From NCBI GenBank assembly GCA_038087875.1, contig CM075991.1:1922001-1986000 (forward strand): a DNA stretch of 64,000 bases. The letters run 5' to 3'. Made by a program: the position numbers and the translations under genes. A model generated the notes under the pieces. It made no database searches and was not told the DNA's origin. It saw only the letters and a program-made list of their open reading frames with translations. Numbering within the stretch: the stretch's first letter is position 1; each line of letters opens with the position of its first letter. Positions 12,385 to 25,105 of this stretch are shown in pieces. This DNA is from Malacoraja senta. Its lineage: Eukaryota.

Positions 12385-14351
12385 CAAAGTGTGTTCTCCA
12401 CAATTATCTCACTGTCCTCCATTTCATTCTCCTTGATAAAAACCAATACAAAGTTCTCATTTAGTACCTCTCCAACATCTCCAGACTCCAAGCACAAATT
12501 CCCTTCTTGATCCTTGAGCAGTCCTACTTTCTCCCTGGTTTCCTCCTGTTTTTAATACTGACACTCCTGTTGCAAGCAAGTTACATTTAACTTACCCTCA
12601 TGTAAAAAAATTACAATAGGTGGTCCTGATTTCTGTATGACCTGTGCTATTGCAATGGGAGGATGGCAAGGGTTTCCCGTCAGCTTCATGGATATAAAAA
12701 CGTTGCACGGGATTGCTGTTCTTCCAGCTTCAGCTCCTGTCGGATTGACACTGGGAAGGTGAGCGAGAATGAGGGAGCAAATCCTGGCCGAGTTGCAGTC
12801 ATCTTTCACAAGATGCACCAGCCAGTCCTTCACCAGCTGCTGCACTGTCGAGTTGACATGGCTGTTGATGTGGCTCATATTGTAGCCCCATGGCTGACGG
12901 AGCTTTCTTTGGGCCGCCTCCACCAACAAGACACACGGAGGCACTATAGGCCTCCCTCCTCTCTCACCATCTACTGCTTCCAGTCGGTCTTCACTGAGTC
13001 CACTCCACCGTTCTGCTTCCACCGCCACCTCCTCCTTCACCCCCAGAGTTGCCGACATATGAAGATGTCAGCGACTCTGGAGCAGAAGGTGGAAGAGGCA
13101 ACAATGCATGGGGGAGCTGACAAAGTGACAGCTGACCAGCAGCACTGGCACAGAGTTTTAAGAAATAACAGAAAGTAACAGAAAGTAACTGAGCAGATTA
13201 AATCAGTCAAGAGAAGGGTCCAACCCGTAATGTCACCTCCATGATCTCCAGAGATGTTGCCTGACTCGCTGAGTTACTCCAGCACTTTGTGCCATTTTGT
13301 CCATTAACCTGCATGTCCAGTTCTATATTTCTACCTAGTTTTAAAGTGATTCCAACATGAGTAAAATCTGATTTACGTTAGGATTTATGGAATGTAACCC
13401 TTACATCAATCAGGGAGTGTATGTAAGAAATCCTTTGGGATTTTCTTTAATGTGACTCACCAAAGACATGTTGTGGCATCTTTTTGAGCCTTCGAATTGC
13501 CCACTTGAGTTCTTTATATTCCTCAAAGGCCCTCTGATTCCATCCTCAAATCCTGCGTGCACTCCATTTTTCCATTTGACCAAATTTATAACCTCTTTGG
13601 TTATCCAATGTTCCATTAATTTGTTGTCCTCATCCCTCGTCCCCATGGGAACAGATTTGAACTTCAATCAACTGGTCTTTAGGCGATTCCCACATGACGG
13701 ATGTAGAATTACCACTGACTCAGTGCTCCCACTGTACTCTCCTGAGCTCCTGCCTAATTAAATTGTAGTTTGCCTTAACCTGGTTTAGTACTTTAGTAAG
13801 GTTCAGTCTTTTCCCCCATTTAAAACCATATCAAAGACGATGGAGTTGTGATCACTAGCCCTGAAATGCTCTCCCACTGAAACACCAGTCACCGGGCCAA
13901 GCTCATTTCCCAACACAGGGTCCAGTATGTTCCCTTCCAGGGTCAGACTACCCACATAATTGTTCAAGAAACCCTTACGGATACACCTCACAATAAGCCT
14001 TTTGCAATGAGTAATTTGGAGGCAAAGTCACTACTAAGTCCTCTGTGGGAAATCTGTCTATGTATCTGTTCCACTATCTCCTGCTTGCTACTGTGTGCGT
14101 GTTTGGGGTGGTCTATATATAATCTCATGATTACAGTACAATCTTATTTCTAAGCTTCACTCATATTACCTCAGCAGATGAACCGTCCAATGCGTCCTCT
14201 CTGAGTGCTGCTGTGACAGTCTCCTTTAGTAGTCGTGCACCTCCTCCACCTCTTTTGCCTCCCTCCCGACCATATCTGAAACAACAAAACCCTGGAACAT
14301 TGAGCTGCCACTGGAATACCTCTCACAACCACATTTCCACAATGGCCACAT
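12385..14351 (-). mobile_element. Old CR1 ORF2 fragments interrupted by insertions at ~12555-13410
   Basis: GEHFRASDHNSIVF, IKENPKGF and GEVLNENF motifs. Confidence 0.75.
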
Positions 14352-14576
14352 TGTAGTAATTCACGCGTCTTTATTCGCAATTACAATTGTTAACCTCACA
14401 CGTCACAGCTCTAGCAAGATCTCCGCTGCTGCTGTAGGACACACCCGCGGACTGATGATGATCTTCACTCGCAAACTCCCCTGTGACCCAAACAGTCACG
14501 TGAACTTTCCACCTCAACTGACGAGGGTTCGATCCATAAGTGGCTCAACCACCAGATGGCGCCAAATGACCCACCA
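14352..14576 (-). repeat. Gypsy 3' LTR
   Basis: Follows a G-rich polypurine tract, contains AATAAA, ends ACTACA on the minus strand. Confidence 0.7.
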
Positions 14577-17430
14577 CCCCCCCAGAACCGGAGGAACGAG
14601 TAGGCAGACGAATGAGGCGGCCCGACCTCGTACAATCAGCACCCTTGCTAGCGGAAACAACCGGCAAAGGCATGAGCAGAAGCGGGTGGGATGGCGGATG
14701 CCCCTGACGGCGAGGGAAGGCCACATGCACGGGCTGACTAATGTCCAAATGAGCCGGCTGAAGGCGAGCAACTGACACAGTCACTCGCCGGCTCCCCATG
14801 TCAAGCACAAAAGTCGAGGTGCCGTGCTGCAGCACCCGGAAAGGACCCTCATACGGTCGTTGCAGCGGTGTCCAGTGAGCACCACGATGCAGGAAAACAT
14901 GCTGGCAGTCCATGAGGGAAGAAGGGACGTGCGTAGGAGTAAGTCCGTGACAGGACGTCGGAACAGGGGAAAGCGTGCCCACCTTTTACCGGAGACGCAC
15001 CAGCAGAGATGAGGGCGGCTCCTGCTGCACATGTGCCGCGGGAATGAAATCCCCTGAACTGTAAGCAGGGTGCCATACACCAACTCAGCAGAAGAAGTAG
15101 CCAAGTCCTCCATTGGAGCCGCGCGGATCCCCAACAGAACCCATGGCAACTTGTCCAACCAATGCAGGCCCGTGAGCCGCACCTTCAAGGAAGCCTACAG
15201 GTGTCGGTGAAACCGCTCGACCAAACCGTTGGATTGTGGGTGGTAAGCCGTGGTGTGATGTAGCTGAGCTCCCAACAGCCGGGATATGGCAGACCATAAC
15301 TCGGAAGGTGAACTGTGTACCCCCTGTCAGACTAGATGTCCATCGGCACACCGAAACGAGCAATCCAGAGGGCAGCGAGGGCACGTGCACACATTGCAGC
15401 AGAGATATCATCGAGTGGGACAGCCTCCATCCACCGCGTGAAGCGATCCACAATGGTGAGAAGCTGAATGAAACCCCTGCATGGGGGGCAGCAGACCCAC
15501 GATGTCAACGTAAACCGCCGGTGAGGTGAGGCAAAATTCTGCAAGGGTGCCTTGACGTGATGCTAGACCTTGTACGTCTGACAGGGAATACATGCCCTGG
15601 CCCAGTCGCCGACCTGCTTGTGCTACCCATGCCACATAAACCTGGCTGCCATCAATGCTGTCTTCGCCCGGATGGCAGGGTGAGCCAAACCATGAATCAT
15701 GTCGAACACCCGGCGACACCAAGCTGCAGGGATGATCGGTCTCGGCTGACCAGTAGACACATCACACACAACCGTTGGACCAGCGGCACCAAACCACACA
15801 TCCTCCATCACCAGGCCAGAAATGGTGATGCGGTAGGCGAGCATCTCCGCATCCGCCTGCTGTGCAGCCGCCAAGGCCGTATAGTCAATGCCCGGGGCCA
15901 AATCGTGGACGGCATCGATGGCAGTGAGGGCCAATGCATCGGCGACCTGGTTGCTCATACCCGCGATATGGCAGACGCAGGTCGTGTACTCGGAAACATA
16001 GGCCAAGTTAAGCTGCTGCCTTGATGACCAGGGATCAGACACCTTCGCGAAGGCAAACATAAGGGGCTTGCGATATGTAAAAGCCGTAAAAGCTCTGCCC
16101 TCGAAGAAATACCAAAAAATTTCAAACGACGAGGTAAAGCACAAGTAGCTCGCGATCAAAAGCACTGTACGTCCGTCAGGAGGTCGCAGGTGATGACTGA
16201 AAAAGGCAAGGGGCTGCCAGCCTCCATCAATCAACTGCACCAGCACGTCCCCCACTGTGGTTTCAATGGTGTCAACCATCAGTGCGGTCGGGGCATTAGC
16301 ATCGTCGCCTTCGCCAGCGCCTCTTTCGCGCCGGTGAGAGCGGCCGTGGCCTCATCATCCCAGACGAGGTCCCGCTGCTTGCTGGCCAGGAATTTGAACA
16401 ACGGCCGCATGATCTGAGCAGCCGCTGGCACGAAACAATGGTAAAAGTTCACCATGCCCACAAACTCCTGGAGACGTTTCACCATGGATTGTCAAGGAAA
16501 CTGGCGAATGGACTCAAACTTGTCCGGGAGCGGGACTGCACCATGCGGTGTGACGTGATGGCCGAGGAAATTTATGCAACTAAGACCAAACTGACACTTA
16601 GCCAGGTTGATGGCCAGGCCATGCTCGCTGAGCCATTGACAGGGTAACCGGAGATGAGCACAGAGTGACTGGCGACGAAGATATCATCCACGTAAATAAT
16701 TAGTAAGTCCAAACCATGGCCCACCATGTCCATCTGTCACTGGAAAGCCTGCACACCATTCTTGAGGCTGAACGGCATCCAGAGGAACTCAAACATCCCA
16801 AAAGGGGTGATGAGAGCCGCCTACGGTACGTAGTTCGGATGGACCGGGATCTGGTGACAGCCCCGAACCAGGTCGACTTTAGAAAATAACTTGGCGCTGT
16901 CCAGATGAGCCGTGAAGTCGTGGATGTGAGGATTGAGATGGCGATAATCCCTACAAGGCCTCCAGCCCCCAGACACTTTGGGGACCATGTGAAGCAGATA
17001 GGCCCGTGGGCTGTCGTAGCGACGCACAATACCCATGGCCTCCATCTGACGGAACTCGGCCTTGGTAATTTGAAGCATGTCGGGGGGAGGCCTGCGTGCA
17101 TGTGAGTGGAGTGGCGGCCCAGTGGTGGGAATATGCTGCACCACCCCATGTTTGGGGATGGCCGAATGAAACTGGGGGTGTAGAATGTCAGGGAATTCCG
17201 CCAAAATCTGGGCGTAGACATTGTCCACGGAAGACACGGATAGCTTGCGATCGCCGGGACCACGCATGAGTCTCGCAGCCCAGTCGCGGCGGCTGAGCCC
17301 GAAAGTGCGCAAAAGGAGCGCTTTGAGGCCATCGTAGTTGCAGTCAGCTGGTGGCTGGTGAAGGTAATGGACAAGGCGACTGATAATGTCCTGATCCAGC
17401 GCACGGACCACATAGTAATATTTGGTATCG
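14352..17430 (-). mobile_element. Gypsy/Ty3 LTR retrotransposon, degenerate; 5' LTR missing
   Basis: gag (TKYYYVV...LKALLL), RT (WRPCRDYR, FSKVDL), RNase H (WQPLAFFS, NQVADAL), integrase (HGLAHP, VDRFTRW, RPYEGPF), in Gypsy order. Confidence 0.92.
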
Positions 17431-17432
17431 AC

Positions 17433-18295
17433 AGCCGGAAGTGGCGGCGCTGTCGTACAGCAGCGGCTCACCTGCAGTCCGTCTGTTTTTCCTTTTTTTG
17501 TTGTTTTCTTTTGTCCTGTTTTAGTTAAATTTTAGTTTATTGGGTTGTGTATGTGTGGGGTTGTGGGGTGGGGGGGTGAAACATGACTTTTGTCTCTTCC
17601 TTCGGGGAATGCGACTTTTTCTTGTCGTATTCCCCTTCTCTGCCTCCGTCTGCGCTGAGGCCAAAATGGCGGAGCTGCCGGCCTCCAACTCCAACTGCGA
17701 GCGACCGACCGACCACGATGCTCCGGAGGCAGAGCCAGGACTTACCAGCGCGAGGCTGGCCAACTTCGGGGCTGCGGTGGCGTTCCGGCGGTGGCGACCG
17801 AGGACACTGGTGGCGACCTGAGTCCGGAGGCTCGGCCGCGGGCCCAGTGGACGACATCGTCGGGAGCGCGCAGGTCACAGGTTGGTGACCTGTTTTTCTG
17901 GGGCTCCCGCAACTACAGCTGCGTCCGCTGGACTGGAGGGCGGCAGCTTCGGCAGCTTCGACCACCCCGGGCCGCGGAGTTTGAGCCGGCCCGTCACGGA
18001 GCACGGATTCGGCCGCGGGACTGGCTTACCGTCGCCCGGCGGGGCCACAGCATCAGAAGCCTGGATCGCCTCAGCGCAGAGGGAGAACAAAGCGGGAAGA
18101 GACAGAGACTTTAAGACTTTTGCCTCCATCACAGTGAGGAGGTGCCTGGTGAACTCACTGTGGTGGATGTTAATTTGTGTTTATTGTGTGTTTTGTCATT
18201 TATTATTATATGTATGACTGCAGGCAACGAAATTTCGTTCAGACCGAAAGGTCTGAATGACAAATAAAGGAATCTCTAATCTCTAATCTCTAATC
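17433..18295 (+). mobile_element. GC-rich non-coding retroelement, copy A (Rex1-like tail)
   Basis: 5' CCGGAAGTGGCGGCGC...CCTGCAG, U tract, hairpins, AATAAA and (AATCTCT)n tail. Confidence 0.7.
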
Positions 18296-18643
18296 CATAC
18301 ATGGGGCATGAAATTTGTAAAAAGGGTTGCAATGAAAGTTTGATTCACAAGAATTGGTACTTAGCAACACTTTATTAGTATCATTAACACTTAGTTATAA
18401 TATTTTATTAGTATTATTAACACCTAGTTATATTCATTTAGACAAGTGAAAACTTCCAAATACACGCCGTCTGGAATCTGACCGCCGACCACCAACATCG
18501 AGCAGCCGTCTGCGGTCTGCGGTCTGCAGTCTGCGGTCTGCGGTTTGAGGGCGTCTCTTCAAACATCTCCACATTGGACCGTCAGACATTTCGATGTTCA
18601 CAAATCAGCCTCCACAAGTTCAAATGATTTTTGTGCTCGCGCC

Positions 18644-18860
18644 TGACATTTTAAATGCATCTCCCGTTAATTTAATTCAAAGGAACGCATCATACTTGAA
18701 GTAAGGTCAGTTCATACAATTATATTATGAGGATTAATGAATGGATTTCGATGCAACAATGGCAGACAGTTAACACATCGTTTTCGTGAAGGGACCTTGC
18801 TTCAAGTATTTCGCGTTCCTTTGAATAAAATTAATGGGAGATAAACAATAGACAATGTCA
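18644..18860. repeat. Inverted repeat with ~50-bp arms
   Basis: 18659-18708 is the reverse complement of 18793-18842 with few mismatches; outer TGACATT/AATGTCA. Confidence 0.85.
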
Positions 18861-21800
18861 TTAAAACTCAGATGATTCGAGGCATTTAACACTCCATTCC
18901 ATTCCTCTGACATGAAAACAATGTGACACAATTATAATTACTAAGGATGCAGGAATGGGATCGATGGCAGTTAACAGTCACTAAGACAGTTAGCAAATCG
19001 TTTTTTTTGTCAGAGGAATGCAGTGATGAACGAACGACTCGAATCGAACGTCTCGACTCGAATGACTTTAAACGAACGAAAAACCTGACATACCTTCCAA
19101 AGCTTGTAAAATACCTTACAAAGCTTGTAACCGCTGAAAACATGGAGGGGACACGTCCCATCTGGCCCCCCGAGTTTTCCGCCATTGTATCTTTGCTCCA
19201 CATTGCAAATCCAAAGACATTGTGACAGCATGGGTCCGCCACCCCCGCCATCACGTGCAGGTCTGTGGCCCAACTAGTCTCCGTGAACCACCGGCAGAGC
19301 CGCCGCTGCAGAGTCAGAGAACTGGTCCAACCCCGACCGTCCCCCGTGACCGCGCCCCACGCAAAGTGCAGGCCTGCAGCCCAACTGGTTACCCATGAAC
19401 CACTGAACCTCAGCACCATCATCCCGGGCCTGACCCCGGGCATCCCCTTCCCACACCCAACCCCACCCAATCCCCCCCCCCCCCCCCGGGTGCCCCGGTC
19501 ACAAATGCTCCACCCCACACATGACGGCAACTCACAGTGTGGATAGAACCAATAAACAGGAGCACAGAAAACCCACGCGGCCACAGGGATCGAAACCTGG
19601 CCCCTGGCGTCGCGAGGCAGCAGCTCCAGCAACGAACCCACGGAAACCAACCAAACCACACACCGGCCCCATGTCTCCGTAACGCAGGAGGAAAGCTTCG
19701 CTGCCACAGGGAGCACTGGAGGCCTGGATCAAGCTCGGGTCTCTTGCTGCCACTGTGCCATCGCAAGTTATTGTGAATTTTGGGCCCTTTATTGCATATT
19801 ATGTAGTGTATGATTATTAGTTGTTTTTCCCATTAGTATTGTGCTTATTTATCCCCTTGTTCGGTTATAGCAGACAATCGGTAATAATGACCCCCCTCCC
19901 ATATTCCGTTACAGCGTTGGTTTACTGTGATTAACTGATGTGATTTGCTAAGGGTGCAAGTAGATATTTAAATATGATAACTTTCAAATTTCATAAAACA
20001 CCATGCAATTTAACTATTGCCAAGAGATCCATATAGAATTAGTATAGCAACATGTTCAGTTTACATTTGATGGTGTCACACAGACCAAAAAAAGTGTTTG
20101 GCTCATGCAACTTTAGGGTACGAATATAAATAGATAACATACAGTATTTAATATCAACTACCCTTGACATTGTAAGTCTTGATGCGGGATGTGGACCCCA
20201 AATGTCAACTGCCCTTTGGCTCCTGAGATGATGCTTGACCTGTTGTGGTCCTCCAAGCAGTTTATTTTGCATCATATTTGACAATAATTTTTTTTACTTT
20301 ATTTATATAAAAGTTAATATTTTCAGTGCAAGCGTTGTATCCTGTTCAGTATTTACATTTTCAAGCTATTTTAGAAGCAACATTTCTCCAATGAGCAATT
20401 TATTTCCTGCAAATCTCCAAATTGATTTCCTTGCATCATGCCTGCTTGCCCCAGATCCAGCTGTTACATGAGATGTTTACTTTCATCATGCTTCACGCAG
20501 TCTTCATTTCTTCAAGGCCTTTGGGGCTTAGATTTTACTTCGGAGTCACGTGAGTGACTACGTGAAGAAACCCCGTCCAGCCGCACACACGTCATTATCG
20601 ATCAGACGCATAGCGTTCATGACCGTGTGTGGAGAAGCAGGAGCTCCTCCAGCCGGTGAGTAAAACAAAAGTAAAACAAAAGTCGGAAGATAAGTGGGTT
20701 ACTTTTCACTTACAGGAGCGTTTCCTTCCCGTTTAGACTTGTTTGGTGGAGCTCCACTCAAGTTTATTATGGAGAAATGGGAAGGAGAGGCGGCCAGGGA
20801 CGCACCGTAGTAAAACCCCAGAACCTAAGGGTAGCGGGCGTCAGTCAGGGGAGTCAGTGGCAGCGAAGCCATTAAATCCCGTTGTGGTCGAATGTGCGTT
20901 AAACCGCCGCGGGCGGGCGCAAGGCTGAGAAAAAGAAGAAAAAAAATCGGCCCGACCTGTAGACTCGGAAGAGTCAGACCCGGAGGTATGCCCTCCTCAG
21001 GCAGGAAAGAGTATTACACTGCAAGGGTAAAAAACGTTATAACTCCTTATGGGGCAGATGATTTGTAAAGAACCCCACAGGAGGATTTAAGTCGGCGTTG
21101 GCCAATGAAGTATAGCACAGGAGGTGCCTTGGAACAGGCACAAGGGTGGCCTACAGGAGAGCCATCAGTGCCTGTGCAGAAACATTAAAGAGGTTGGCCT
21201 ACAGGAGAGCCAGTGCCCAAAAATGCCAGAAAAAAGGCAAGTTATGTGTTGGCCTATTGGAGAGCCAGTACTAGAAATGCCTGAACAAACGGCAGCACAA
21301 ACGTGCAATGGTAAATGTGCCAGCACCGACAAATATAAAGAGTAAAAATAATGAAGCGTTGGCCTAGAATTGAGTCAGCGCCAGCAGCACCTGAAGCAGG
21401 GCTGCCTGTCCGTGGGCCTACAAGAGAGCCCGCGCAGGGGGAATCTGGCAGAGACTTACCTGAAACAGGGGAGCCAGAAATTACCCAACATAAAAATTAA
21501 TATCTAGATTTAGATGATGATTTAAATGAGGACCAGAGCCCATTATCAGAGCCAAAAATGTTCCAAGGCTGGCACAAAACTTTGCTGTTCCCAGAGTAAC
21601 AGGGGAACCTTTGAGAGAGGAAATAGCTATGACTATAAATTATCTACTCTCCCATCAGCCCCAGGAATTAACCATGGATGGGACTATCAAAAAATATGAG
21701 ACCCAGGAAATTGTAGCAGTTACAGCAGTGAATAAACTTGATATGGGTAATTTGAGCAGTGGTTTACGCTCACAAGAATTGCAATTACACAAGTGCTGAA

Positions 21801-22239
21801 ATTTCTGGGGTCAGTGGTTTGGATGAAGGTTATATATCGTATTCACAACAAAATGCCTTAGCACTCATGTGTAGTGCGCATTTTGAAATAAATTGTATTC
21901 ATAAAAATGCAATAAGACCAAATATTCATCCTAAGTATGCAGGCTCTGCAAACCATGCAATATACAAATGCTTAAATCTGTTTTGGAGAAAATCTAGCAA
22001 AGAAACTAAAGGATCACCTATGCTGAGCAGAGCGGTGAGAAGGCAGTATCCCTACAGGCGAAATGTGGTGCTGGAGAAGGAACAATCCTATCATTCTCGT
22101 ATACACGTTGACGTGCTGCACCGAGGATACGTGGAGGTTACAATGTGCCTACTAGAAGGGGACAACAACTACCGGTGGCAAACCCCGAGGTTAGGGGGCT
22201 TGGTCTGGTAAGAAACACAACAAATGTTTCACACTCACA

Positions 22240-24122
22240 AATAGGGGGAAGGTTACGATTCTTCCTAAAAGAATGGCAATCAATAACAAATGATTCATTT
22301 ATTCTATGTAGCATTGTAGGATTCAAAATTGAGTTCTCTCCACGTTTGGATCCTCCAATTCAGCATAATTCAAACTGGTCACGGATTTTTCTCAAAGGAA
22401 GTAATGGGTTGATCAAAGGATAATTGAACAATTTTATGCAGAAAAGGATGATATAAATGTCAGGAGAACAACACCATCAGTTTGTGTCAAATATTCTCCT
22501 GGGAATATTCTCCTAGAAAAGAGATGGCGGACGTAGAATGATTTCCGATCTGACAAATCTTAACCTTTATGTACAATAGAAACATTTCAAAATGGAAACA
22601 TTTACTAATGCCATTTAGCTAGTCACAAAGAATTGCTACAAGGCAAGCATAGATCTGCAAAATGCATATTATTCTGTGGCAATGCAAGGTAATGATCAAA
22701 GATATTTGAAATTTAGATGGATGAGTCAGTTATAGCAATTTAAAGCATTGCCCCATGGTCTGATTTCAGCACCAAGATTATTCACTAAATTGCTCAAACC
22801 AAATTTTAGCTCTGTTAAGAGCTGAGGGCCATGTATTAATGGCTTATTTAGATGATATCCTCATTGTAGGGGACACTTTGGCTGCTGCAAAATTGTCAGT
22901 ATCCAGAGTCAAATACATTTTGAGAAATTAGGTTTCATTATTCACCTACAAAAATCTAAATTGTTACCAAGCAAAAAGATTGATTACCTAGGGTTCACAA
23001 TTAACTACATGGTAATCACTTTGCCAAAAGATAAAAAGCTGCAGTTAATTGAAGGTTGCATAAAACCCATTAACGAGGACACACCTTCAATTAGAGAAGT
23101 GGAAAGCTTGCTAGGCAAATTAATTGCAGGGTTTCCAGCGGTCAGGTTTGGACCATTGCATTATCAATGTTTACAGAGAGCTAAGGTACAAGCATTAAAA
23201 ATGAATAGAGGGCATTTTGATAGGCCCATGAAATTAACAATTCAATCCATTACAGAAATAGAATGGTGGATTAACAATGTTTCTAATGCTTCCAGAAAAG
23301 TTCTGGTAGAAACACCTTCCGTCACTCTACAGACTGATGTAAGTGCGCTGAGTTGGGGCACTACTAACATGATTTCCAGCTGTGGAGGTAGGTGGAATGT
23401 GAATGAAGTACCTTTGCTGGAAAATCTGGGAATCAATTACCTAGAGCTATTAGGCGCATTTTACGGCCTTAGAGCTTATTGCACTGATATGGGAAATGTG
23501 CATGTTCAGGTACAGGTTGACAATACTACAGCTGTAGCATACATAAATCACATGGGTGGTATAAAATCAGAATCATGTGATAAATTGGCAAATGAAATTT
23601 GAACCTGGGGTATTGCGAGAAAAATTTGGCTGTCAGCAATATACTTACCAGGTAAAAATTAATACAATTGCAGACAAAAGATCACGTAAATTTAATGATA
23701 ATACAGAATGGATGTTAAATCGGAAAATATTCACACAAATTATCACACAATTTGGAATGCCAGAAATTGGTCTGGTTGCATCAAGATTGAACCACCAGTT
23801 GCCTAAGTATGTGTCATGGGAACCTGATCCTGGAGCAGTAGTGGTGGATGCTTTCTCGCTACATTGGGGTGGTATGTTTCTGTATGCTTTTCCACCATTT
23901 TGTTTAATCCATAAATGCATACAGAAAATTAAACAAGATTCAGCCTCAGGGATTTTGGTAGTACCAGATTGGCCTACACAGGTATGGTACCCACTGGTGT
24001 TAAAAATGATCAAAAAACCCCTTATGGTTATTCCAAAGCAGATTAAACTGCTTGTACACCCTGTGACTAATGAATCACATCCTTTACATTATCGTATTGG
24101 TTTGTTGATTTGCAGATTCTAA
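22240..24122 (+). pseudogene. DIRS pol: RT, RNase H and N6-adenine methyltransferase-like domain
   Basis: SAPRLFTK, AYLDDIL, INYLEL, VDNTTAVAYIN, ASRLN...DAFSLHW...YAFPPF...VVPDWP; several stops and frameshifts. Confidence 0.88.
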
Positions 24123-25105
24123 GAAGGCCATATCTTGGAAAAGGATTATCAGACCGTACGGTGGATGTTATGACAGCAGCCTGGAGGAATAGTACCCAGA
24201 AGCAGTACATTTCCTATATAAAGAAATGAGAGGTGTTTTGTTCAGGAAAGAATATTGCATATAACACAGTAGAAATTTCCGATGTAATAGAGTTTCTTTC
24301 AACTCTACACTATGAATTGAAATTAAGTTAGAGTGCAATTAATACTGCACGAAGTGCACTCTCTGCATATTTAAGCGGTGAATCAGAACAAACTCCAATT
24401 GGAGCACATCCTTGGGTCTGTAGGTTTATGAAAGGAATTTTCAACTCTAATCCTCCCATACCCAGGTATACAGAAATTTGGAATGTAAAAGATGTACTGA
24501 TGTTCCTAAGGAGTTGGAATCCAGTTGAAACCCTGTCATTATCCAAAATTACCATGAAATTGGTTATGCTCATGGCATTAGTTTCAGCGCAGAGAGTTCA
24601 AACATTACAGAAACTCAGAATTGATAGAATGAAAGTAGGGCAAAATGCAGTGACATTCTATGTCTATGATTTACTGAAGCAAAGTAGACCTGGGTTCACA
24701 TGATGCAAGTTGGAATTTTTAGCATATCCTACAGATTCACGACTGTGTGTAGTAACATATGTGAAATGTTACATAGAAACAACAAACGTTTTAAGAGGCG
24801 TCGAATTGGCATTTTTTATTAGTCATAAAAAGCCTCATAAGAAAGTATCAACACAAATAATTTCACGATGGTTGAAACAGGTGTTGAGATATTCAGGTAT
24901 TGATACTGATAAATTTAAATCTCATTCCACCAGGGCGGCATCAACAGCAGCGGCCAGGGATTCAGAGGGGCCAAAAGACCTTATTCTCGCGGCCGCAGGA
25001 TGGGCAAGTGAACAGATGTTTCACAAGTATTACCACAAGGAGATTAAAGATCTCAGAGGGTTTGGTGATGCCGTGCTGGATACAGTATTAAATCCCCCAT
25101 TATAA
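24123..25105 (+). pseudogene. DIRS tyrosine recombinase
   Basis: SAQR, HSTR, AAGW and FHKYY catalytic signature; in-frame stops. Confidence 0.9.

Noticed and set aside
17521..18217. Overlapping GC-rich ORFs here and at 36356-37058 and 56577-57190
   Set aside because: Open in several frames because high GC suppresses stops; no peptide conserved between the three related elements.
21140..21435. CRISPR-like array
   Set aside because: Repeats are degenerate, irregularly spaced and inside a eukaryotic retroelement; no cas genes.
23700..25105. Prophage or bacterial contamination (integrase plus methylase)
   Set aside because: Both domains are standard DIRS components and lie within DIRS termini.
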